Positions 1-7,027 of a stretch of DNA of 32,016 nt are shown here, one piece after another (within the stretch, counting starts at the first letter, position 1; each line of letters opens with the position of its first letter). The notes under the pieces are model-generated. The model saw only the letters and a program-made list of their open reading frames with translations, made no database searches and was not told the DNA's origin. The DNA lies in contig JADGFH010000002.1 in assembly GCA_016743925.1 (NCBI GenBank), positions 1-32,016 on the forward strand, in the 5' to 3' direction. This DNA is from Labilibaculum sp. (GTDB lineage Bacteria > Bacteroidota > Bacteroidia > Bacteroidales > Marinifilaceae). Both the position numbers and the translations under genes were made by a program.

Positions 1-7
1 TTCCTAC

Positions 8-41
8 ACTTATCAATATAATTAATTTATGTATGATAAGT
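8..41. promoter_or_regulatory. Inverted repeat upstream of SPFH-Arc operon (candidate operator)
   Basis: ACTTATCA (8-15) and TGATAAGT (34-41) form a perfect 8-bp inverted repeat with an 18-bp AT-rich spacer, 31 bp before the SPFH start codon. Confidence 0.35.
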
Positions 42-72
42 ATTAATAGCTTTATACAGGAAATAAATAATT

Positions 73-927
73 ATGAGAGAAGAAAAGAGTTACTCGGCAA
101 AACCAGGGTTTTTGATGGCTTTTGTTGTTCTAGCCATGCTGGCAACAGGCATATTTGGATTGGTAATGATAAAAAATCCATTTTTTGTTATTTTAATTCC
201 TCTAGTAATAGCTTGTATACCTGGTTTTACAATCGTAAATCCAAACGAATCATCCGTTTTGGTGTTGTTTGGAGCCTATAAGGGTACAATATTAGAAAAC
301 GGTTTCTTTTGGGTGAATCCATTAATAGTAAAAAAGAAAGTGAGTTTGAGAGCCCGAAATTTGGATAGTGATCCTATAAAGGTGAATGATAAAATTGGAA
401 ACCCGATTATGATTGGAGTTGTTCTGGTTTGGAGAGTTCGTGATACTTACAAAGCTACTTTTGATGTGGATAATTTTGAGCATTTTGTGAATATTCAATC
501 GGAAGCAGCTATTCGAAACATGGCAGGTTCGTATCCATATGATCATTTCGAGGATGAACAAGCTGAAATAACATTGCGTTCGGGAGGAAATACTGTAAGT
601 GAATTACTGGAAAGTGAATTGACCGATCGATTGGAAATTGCTGGGATTGAAGTGATGGAAGCAAGAATTAACTATCTTGCGTACGCTTCTGAAATTGCGG
701 GGGCAATGTTACGTCGCCAGCAAGCTACAGCTGTTGTTGCGGCACGTTTTAAAATTGTGGAAGGTGCTGTTAGTATGGTTGATATGGCCTTGGAGCAACT
801 AGCAGAGAAAAATATTGTTGATCTTGATGAGGATAAAAAAGCCACAATGGTTAGTAATTTAATGGTTGTGCTTTGTTCCGATAAAGATGTGACTCCTATT
901 GTAAATACCGGAACTTTGTATCAATAA
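73..927 (+). CDS. SPFH/band 7 (stomatin/prohibitin-like) membrane protein
   Basis: Two N-terminal TM segments, then motifs VNPNES..LFGAYKG, KVNDKIGNPI, QSEAAIR, LAYASEIAGAMLRRQQA, IVEGAV typical of this bacterial SPFH subfamily. Confidence 0.9.
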   Translation: MREEKSYSAKPGFLMAFVVLAMLATGIFGLVMIKNPFFVILIPLVIACIPGFTIVNPNESSVLVLFGAYKGTILENGFFWVNPLIVKKKVSLRARNLDSDPIKVNDKIGNPIMIGVVLVWRVRDTYKATFDVDNFEHFVNIQSEAAIRNMAGSYPYDHFEDEQAEITLRSGGNTVSELLESELTDRLEIAGIEVMEARINYLAYASEIAGAMLRRQQATAVVAARFKIVEGAVSMVDMALEQLAEKNIVDLDEDKKATMVSNLMVVLCSDKDVTPIVNTGTLYQ

Positions 928-937
928 TTGATTAATT

Positions 938-1123
938 ATGGCAAAAAAGAAATCATTTGTTCTGCGTATTGATCCAGAGATATATAAAAAGCTTGAAAAA
1001 TGGGCTATGGATGAATTTCGTAGTACGAATGGACAAATAGAATGGATTCTTAATAAGGCTTTGAATGAATCGGGCCGAAAAAAAGATAGTGGCTCGAATG
1101 ATGCCGACAAATTAGTTAAATAA
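938..1123 (+). CDS. Arc-family ribbon-helix-helix DNA-binding protein
   Basis: 61 aa, KSFVLRIDPEIYKKLEKWA..EFRSTNGQIEWIL = beta-strand plus two helices of Arc/RHH; 10 bp after the SPFH stop. Confidence 0.85.
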   Translation: MAKKKSFVLRIDPEIYKKLEKWAMDEFRSTNGQIEWILNKALNESGRKKDSGSNDADKLVK

Positions 1124-1151
1124 AAAAAAGCCCTTTTAAGAGGGCTTTTTT
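1124..1151. terminator. Bidirectional intrinsic terminator
   Basis: AAAAAAGCCCT-TTTAAG-AGGGCTTTTTT hairpin flanked by A and T runs between convergent genes; overlaps the stop of the minus-strand CDS. Confidence 0.8.
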
Positions 1152-1786
1152 AATGATTTTAGCATGATAGAATTTCCATCTTTCAAGTTAGATTCAAATC
1201 CCATTTTCTCCATGTATTTAAGATTAGCGCCTGTGTCACAATAGACAGCGTTAATGTCGTGCAAATGTAAGATATTGCTCAATTGCGTGTACAAGTAGCT
1301 ACCAACTTTAAAGTCTCGATATTGAGGCAAAGCATAATCTAATTCGATACGCAATTCTTGTTTTTGCAGTGTGCCAATAAAAATTCCTGCAACTGCCATG
1401 TCTCTTAACACGAACATGCCAAGTTGGCCTTTCTGCATCGAAAAATCAGGAAAAAAACTATTAATATCTTTCTTATAGAAGTCTAGAAAATGCATTAATA
1501 GTTCATCATTCTCTTTAATCTCTATGATTTTAAATTTTTCTACCCGCTTATACATTTTTCGAAGATTGTACAGGTTAGCACATACAATAAGGAAGTTCAT
1601 AATCCCTACAGGAAGAGAACCAATTAAAAAACCATAAGTAGAAAAAAGAATTGCACCAGCCAGGTTGTACCAGCGAAGTTTAACAATAGACGTCATTGTT
1701 AAGGATACCAATACCAAAACAGATGCTGCATAACCAATCCATTCCAGTAATTGGATGCCTAAAAAATTATATTCCAACATAATCAA
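1136..1786 (-). CDS. YgjV-like membrane protein with C-terminal GNAT-like domain
   Basis: N-terminal three-TM block WIGYAASVLVLVSL..LRWYNLAGAILFSTYG..PV..N resembles the YgjV family; C-terminal IELDYALPQYRDFKVG...YMEKMGF resembles GNAT motifs A/B; exact start (1786 or 1780) uncertain. Confidence 0.6.
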   Translation of the reverse strand: MIMLEYNFLGIQLLEWIGYAASVLVLVSLTMTSIVKLRWYNLAGAILFSTYGFLIGSLPVGIMNFLIVCANLYNLRKMYKRVEKFKIIEIKENDELLMHFLDFYKKDINSFFPDFSMQKGQLGMFVLRDMAVAGIFIGTLQKQELRIELDYALPQYRDFKVGSYLYTQLSNILHLHDINAVYCDTGANLKYMEKMGFESNLKDGNSIMLKSLKKPS

Positions 1787-1850
1787 TATATTTGTAGTGT
1801 GTTACAACAAACAGGGGATTCTAAAATGGTTAGGGAGTACTTCTAAATGA

Positions 1851-1878
1851 AGAAACCTTCCGAGTCCGAAAGGTTTCT
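1851..1878 (-). terminator. Intrinsic terminator-like hairpin downstream of pfk
   Basis: Minus strand AGAAACCTTTCG-GACT-CGGAAGGTTTCT, 12-bp stem with one U-G pair, 24 bp after the pfk stop. Confidence 0.7.
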
Positions 1879-1902
1879 CAAATGTAATAAACATTTTGAT
1901 TT

Positions 1903-3105
1903 CTACAATCCCGTCATTAAAAATAATGGCTGTAATTCGAAACTATTGTACTTTGGTCTTAGTCGATCAACATTGTAATAACGATCGACATCTACTAACT
2001 TTTTTGTACTGGTTACTATGTCAATTGGAGCATTATCGTAGCGACCATTGCGTAATGTGATTAATCGTCCGTGTATTCCTTTGATAATTAAATCCAGTGC
2101 AAGATTTCCAAAAGCCATTGGAACGATAGAATCTATAGCATCAGGATCGCCACAACGAACCATATAACCTAACTTCTGATTTATAACATTTATGGGTTTC
2201 GAATTGTTATACTTTGGGGATAACAACTTCAGGTTTTCAGATACACGGTCTCCAATACCTCCAAGTTTTTTGTGCCCATAATCATCCATTACATCATCTT
2301 GGAAAATCATTTGTTCTCCTGAAAAACTGGCTCCTTCCGAAATAAGAACAACCGAGTATCTACTTGGATTCGAATATCGATCCTGAATCATTAATTCTGT
2401 TAATCTTTCAATGTCAAAATCGTACTCGGGAATTACACATCGATTTGCCGCACCAGCAAGGGTTGGGAGAATAGCTGTAAATCCGGCATAGCGACCGAAA
2501 ACTTCAAGAACTAATAATCGTTCATGAGATCCAGCTGAAGTTCTTAGGCTGTGAGTTAAGGATATTGTTCGTGTGATACACGTACTAAAACCAATACAAT
2601 AATCAGTTCCTGGAACGTCATTATCCATTGTTTTTGGAATGGCAATTACTTTAAATCCTTCTTTGTAAAGCCGTACTCCATAACTTAAAGTGTCATCACC
2701 TCCAATAGGTATTAAATAGTCAATATTTAGGAATGCTAAATTTGCCAATACCTCTTCGGTAAGGTCATTAACATCTTCATCATATTTTTCTTTTAAATGT
2801 GCAGGAATTCTTTCTCTTGCTGTTTTAGATGGGTTAACTCTTGAAGTATGCAAAAAAGTACCTCCAGTTCTACCAACCTTATTGACTAATTCTTCAGTTA
2901 AAACTTCATAATTTTCACTATTGTCAACTTTTTTATCACGTACTAAATCTATCAATCCTCTCCACCCTTTACGGATTCCGATTACTTTGTACCCTTCTCT
3001 TAAAGCACGAATGGTAACAGCTCGTATTGCTGGATTTAATCCTGGTACATCACCACCGCCTGTTAGAATTCCAATTATTCCCTTTGTAGATTTAGATCCT
3101 GTCAT
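1903..3105 (-). CDS. pfkA: 6-phosphofructokinase (PfkA family), probably PPi-dependent
   Basis: ILTGGGDVPGLN, GGTFLHTSR, IGGDDT, PKTMDND, EVFGR, SEGA, LGYMVR motifs; start placed at ATG 3105 (MTGSK). Confidence 0.92.
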   Translation of the reverse strand: MTGSKSTKGIIGILTGGGDVPGLNPAIRAVTIRALREGYKVIGIRKGWRGLIDLVRDKKVDNSENYEVLTEELVNKVGRTGGTFLHTSRVNPSKTARERIPAHLKEKYDEDVNDLTEEVLANLAFLNIDYLIPIGGDDTLSYGVRLYKEGFKVIAIPKTMDNDVPGTDYCIGFSTCITRTISLTHSLRTSAGSHERLLVLEVFGRYAGFTAILPTLAGAANRCVIPEYDFDIERLTELMIQDRYSNPSRYSVVLISEGASFSGEQMIFQDDVMDDYGHKKLGGIGDRVSENLKLLSPKYNNSKPINVINQKLGYMVRCGDPDAIDSIVPMAFGNLALDLIIKGIHGRLITLRNGRYDNAPIDIVTSTKKLVDVDRYYNVDRLRPKYNSFELQPLFLMTGL

Positions 3106-3233
3106 AGTAATAAAATTAAGTGACTGAAAACAATGTAATATCACTATAAGATATAATTTTGTTAAGGAAAATTCAAACCAAAAGAGCAGGATATTTAAGT
3201 TAGAATCAGAAAATGAGGTAATTAAGAATAAAT

Positions 3234-3893
3234 CTAATTACTAAAAGCATAAGAAAGTATATTGGCACCCATTTTTAAGGCTTTTTCGTGATTGGTGTAA
3301 GTGTCATTATGAACAGATGGATTTTCCCATCCATCACCTAAATCACACTCGTAGCTGTAAAAACAGACTAGCCTACCTTTGAGAAAAATACCAAAACCTT
3401 GGGCTGCTTTACCATCATGTTCGTGAATTTTTGGAAGGCCGGTTGGGAATTCGTAGTTCTGGTGATAAATAGGATGGGAGTAGGGGAGTTCTACCAATTC
3501 ATCATTTGGAAAAACCTTTTTAATCTCTCTTCTAAAATAGGCATTCAGGCCATAGTTGTCGTCAACATGCAAGAAACCGCCTCCTTCAAGGTATTTCCGA
3601 AGATTAATTACTTCCTGATTGTTGAATACGATATTGCCGTGACCAGTTAAATGTACAATAGGGAAAGAAAATATTTCAGGGCTACTAACTTCTACAGTTT
3701 GTGGCTCCTTATGAATATTAGCAATATGATTGCGATTACAGAATTCTATTAAATTTGGCAAGGATCCTGGGTTAGCATACCAATCACCACCACCATTGTA
3801 TTTTAACAATCCAATTCGAATAGTTGTATTTTGGGCAGAACAACATAAGCTGAACAAAAGGAAAATGACGATATGAATTGATTTATTATTCAA
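3234..3893 (-). CDS. DUF4159 domain secreted protein
   Basis: Signal peptide, then KYNGGGDWYANP, LTGHG, LRKYLEGGGFLHVDDNYG, DLGDGWE; TTG start. Confidence 0.8.
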   Translation of the reverse strand: MNNKSIHIVIFLLFSLCCSAQNTTIRIGLLKYNGGGDWYANPGSLPNLIEFCNRNHIANIHKEPQTVEVSSPEIFSFPIVHLTGHGNIVFNNQEVINLRKYLEGGGFLHVDDNYGLNAYFRREIKKVFPNDELVELPYSHPIYHQNYEFPTGLPKIHEHDGKAAQGFGIFLKGRLVCFYSYECDLGDGWENPSVHNDTYTNHEKALKMGANILSYAFSN

Positions 3894-3896
3894 ATT

Positions 3897-4598
3897 CTAT
3901 TGATTTTCTAAGCTTACAACATTACAAGCGACAACACCTGCAGTTTCGGTTCTTAATCGACTCTTGCCTAATGAAATTTCTTTAAATCCATTTTCTTTGG
4001 CCAATTGTACCTCATCAAGAGAAAAATCTCCCTCTGGCCCAATTAAAATCAATGCATTTTGCTTTGCCTTACAAAGATTTTTAAGATGTGTTTTTTCTCC
4101 TTTGTTGCAATGAGCAATATACTTTTCTCCATCGAAATTGGCTGTAACTAAATCCGAAAACTTAGTTAATTGATTTAAAACAGGATGATATGCCTTTAAA
4201 GATTGCTTAACAGCTGAAGTTATTACTTTGAATAAACGATCGTGCTTAACAACCTTTCGTTCGGAATGTTTGCACAATAGGGGAGTGAATTCACTAATTC
4301 CTATTTCAGTGCACTTTTCCAGAAACCATTCTGTTCTATCGATATTTTTAGTTGGAGCTAGAGCAATGTGCAATTGATAATCCAACTTGCCAAATTCGCG
4401 TGTAGTTTCAACGCATTCAACAGTACATCTTTTCGGATGAGCATCAATTATTTTGGCTTTAAAAAGACTTCCTTTTCCATCTATAAGATGAATGATATCT
4501 TCCTCTTTTAATCGAAGTACGCGAACGCAATGTTTAGATTCAATTTCATCTAATTGATAAAACTGATCGCTTATGTTGGGAGTGTAAAATAAGTTCAT
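3897..4598 (-). CDS. rsmE: 16S rRNA (uracil-1498-N3)-methyltransferase
   Basis: HCVRVLR, EKCTEIG, SAVKQS, IGPEGDFS, SLGKSRLRTETAG SPOUT motifs. Confidence 0.96.
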   Translation of the reverse strand: MNLFYTPNISDQFYQLDEIESKHCVRVLRLKEEDIIHLIDGKGSLFKAKIIDAHPKRCTVECVETTREFGKLDYQLHIALAPTKNIDRTEWFLEKCTEIGISEFTPLLCKHSERKVVKHDRLFKVITSAVKQSLKAYHPVLNQLTKFSDLVTANFDGEKYIAHCNKGEKTHLKNLCKAKQNALILIGPEGDFSLDEVQLAKENGFKEISLGKSRLRTETAGVVACNVVSLENQ

Positions 4599-4615
4599 AA
4601 GTGTTTCAAAGTAAA

Positions 4616-4650
4616 AAATACATGAAGTTGCAAAGTTAGTTCATGTATTT
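4616..4650 (-). terminator. Hairpin after HD-PycTM gene with a -7 promoter element in its loop
   Basis: AAATACATGAA (4616-4626) and TTCATGTATTT (4640-4650) form an 11-bp inverted repeat; the loop contains minus-strand TAACTTTG (4631-4638), matching the Bacteroidota TAnnTTTG element upstream of rsmE. Confidence 0.6.
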
Positions 4651-4678
4651 CTTTTGAAGAATATATTTTCAATATAAA

Positions 4679-5872
4679 TTACCAAATCATGGGTTGATAG
4701 ATAGCTGCCATGATAAACGTTAATACAGATATAATTAATCCATACATAAATATTGTATAGGATATTCTAAGAAGGCGGTATTTTTTACCCAATACTTTCC
4801 CTAAGTAATATTGATCTTTAATCAAACTATCGTAAAGCTCATCGTAATCTGTCATTACGCCTTTAAGAGCTGTAGAATAATCTGTTAATTCCATTCTGTG
4901 GAAGTTTCCAAAAAACATTAAATTCACTCTCTTTTTCTTAATGTCTTCTTCGGAAAAGGTTCCGTCGGTAACATTTGGTCTTGTTGCTAAAACCGAATAA
5001 GTAATTGTAAACAGGCAGACGATAAGTAAAATAATACATGGAATTATAAAGTGGGGCACATCCATAATGTTTTTGAAGATAAAAAAGATAGCCGAGATAA
5101 TAATTGAATTTACAGAAATCATTAAATTGGCCTTTTTATCAGCAATAGAACTCAGATTGATTTGATTTCTAGAGGTTACCTTAAACATGGTTTCAATTCC
5201 ACGTTGAGGAGTTTTAAGTTTATAATTTTGTTGTTCCAATTTACCAACCATTTCGGTTAGTTTTTTAATTTCTTTATTTTGATAGCCAGCAACTTTCTCT
5301 ACGACTTTCTGGTAGTTTATCTCTTTCTTTTTTGTTAACGTTTTTTTGCCATAATTGGTGTGGTAGTGATGTTCTTTTAGGAATCGTAAGGTTTCCTCCC
5401 AATACATTTTTGGACTAATTTCATGCTGTAAAATTGCATTGCGTTCTTCTCTAAGTTTTTCAGATGTTTTCAGGTAATTTTTTGAAGATAAGTGGTGTAG
5501 ATCAGCATCGCAAAGTACATTGCAAACTTTTTCATCACAAGGTAAATGAGGTATTTTGGTATGCAATATTGCATCCGTTATTTGCTTGGTTTTTTCTTCA
5601 GGATAATTTTTCTCTTCTAGGAATTTTTTAGCGTGTACAGCGCTTATTTTTTCATGCTTTGCAAAATTTTCATAATATCCAGTGTCATGAAACCAAGCAG
5701 CAATAATAAGAACTTCTATTTCGTCGGGTGAAAGACCAGCTTCTAAGCCAATTTTCTTTGCCTGTTTAACCACATTTTGAGTGTGTTCCAAGTTGTGGTA
5801 TGTAAACATAGCTTGATGGCCATTTTCAATTAAACTGGTCGCAAATGTTTCAGCTTCATGTATGATATTCAT
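4679..5872 (-). CDS. HD-domain phosphohydrolase fused to PycTM/DUF5706-like membrane domain
   Basis: YHNLEHT, AAWFHDTG, HEKIS, LCDADL HD motifs; coiled linker; C-terminal IADKKANLMISVN + 2 TM + LMFFGNF + GKVLGKKYRLLRISY + TM pattern of DUF5706 (Pycsar effector family). Confidence 0.8.
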   Translation of the reverse strand: MNIIHEAETFATSLIENGHQAMFTYHNLEHTQNVVKQAKKIGLEAGLSPDEIEVLIIAAWFHDTGYYENFAKHEKISAVHAKKFLEEKNYPEEKTKQITDAILHTKIPHLPCDEKVCNVLCDADLHHLSSKNYLKTSEKLREERNAILQHEISPKMYWEETLRFLKEHHYHTNYGKKTLTKKKEINYQKVVEKVAGYQNKEIKKLTEMVGKLEQQNYKLKTPQRGIETMFKVTSRNQINLSSIADKKANLMISVNSIIISAIFFIFKNIMDVPHFIIPCIILLIVCLFTITYSVLATRPNVTDGTFSEEDIKKKRVNLMFFGNFHRMELTDYSTALKGVMTDYDELYDSLIKDQYYLGKVLGKKYRLLRISYTIFMYGLIISVLTFIMAAIYQPMIW

Positions 5873-6054
5873 TTCTCTTTCTCTTTTTCTGAAATTGACT
5901 TCTTAAAATTGTAGTGAATAAATATAATCATTAAAGCGGAAACCGATTTGAAATTTTCGGAATAATGCACTACTTCCCTCTTTTTTATTGGGAATTGCAC
6001 CTTATTTATGTAATTTTATATTCCCGTTCAATTTTTCACACTGACCTGAAAATA

Positions 6055-6987
6055 ATGATTAAATACTTATTTTTTAGCCTAAGCTTAATTGCTCTTCTCA
6101 CTTTCAATACTTCTTGTGCTCAGAAATCAGAAGAGTTAAAAATGATTTATGAATTGGAGGAAGATTATAAGTTTCCATATTCGATTTATGAAGCAGACAA
6201 AAAGTTTGAGTTAAAAGAGGAGTTACGCGAAATTTCGGGCTTAGCTTATTATAATGATCATAGTTTGTTGTGTGTAAACGACGAAAAAGGAATAATATAT
6301 AAGTATCATCTGGATAAGAAAGAAATAACAAAAAAATATGCGTTTGATAAGTCCGGGGACTATGAAGGTATAGAATTAGTTGGAGATAAGGTTTTCGTTT
6401 TACGTTCTGATGGTGCTATATTTAAGGTGAATCATTTTCGGAAGAAAAATATTGTATCCGTAAAAAATAAAACAGCACTTGATGCAGGAAATGATACTGA
6501 AGGCTTAGCCTATGATTCGCAAAATAATTCGTTATTAGTCGCTTGTAAAGGAAGTCCTAGTGATGATCGTAAACTAAAAGGTAAAAGAGCAATTTATGAA
6601 TATAAATTGAATAAAAATAAACTCTCCCATAAGCCCAAATACCTTATTGATCAGGAAGAAATAAGAAAGACGCTTGAGTTTAATGCTTATACAAAATTTT
6701 CAGTTAGGTTATTGGAGAATATTAATCCTTCCGAAGGAGATGTAACTTTCCAACCTTCGGCAATTGCGATGCATCCAATAACTGGAAATTTATATGTTAT
6801 TGGTTCAGTTGGGAAGCTTTTAGTTGTTTTAAATCCAACAGGAAAACTTTTGGCGATTGTGAAATTAAAACGTAAGTTATTTCGGCAACCGGAAGGTATT
6901 TGTTTTGCACCTGATGGACGCATGTTTATATCTAATGAAGGAAAAGGATCAAGAGCAAATATTTATGAATTCAATTATTTGAAGTAG
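6055..6987 (+). CDS. YjiK/SdiA-regulated-like beta-propeller lipoprotein
   Basis: Start at ATG 6055 gives lipoprotein signal MIKYLFFSLSLIALLTFNTS-C; repeated blade motifs EISGLAY, DYEGIE, DTEGLAYD, QPSAIA, QPEGICF, ISNEG. Confidence 0.75.
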   Translation: MIKYLFFSLSLIALLTFNTSCAQKSEELKMIYELEEDYKFPYSIYEADKKFELKEELREISGLAYYNDHSLLCVNDEKGIIYKYHLDKKEITKKYAFDKSGDYEGIELVGDKVFVLRSDGAIFKVNHFRKKNIVSVKNKTALDAGNDTEGLAYDSQNNSLLVACKGSPSDDRKLKGKRAIYEYKLNKNKLSHKPKYLIDQEEIRKTLEFNAYTKFSVRLLENINPSEGDVTFQPSAIAMHPITGNLYVIGSVGKLLVVLNPTGKLLAIVKLKRKLFRQPEGICFAPDGRMFISNEGKGSRANIYEFNYLK

Positions 6988-7027
6988 TTGTAAAGGACTC
7001 TTGTACTATGAATAAATATTATTGAAA

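Noticed and set aside
4679-5872. Complete Pycsar anti-phage system
   Set aside because: No pyrimidine cyclase nearby; only an effector-like domain fused to HD
5966-5999. Imperfect inverted repeat TGCA..TTCCC/GGGAA..TGCA in the divergent HD/YjiK intergenic region
   Set aside because: Short and asymmetric; not distinguishable from chance
5965-6054. Longest-ORF N-terminal extensions (also pfk 3144, large gene 23214, tpiA 25036, DUF1599 26887)
   Set aside because: Downstream ATGs give proper signal peptides or family-typical N-termini and avoid overlaps with neighbouring genes or promoters
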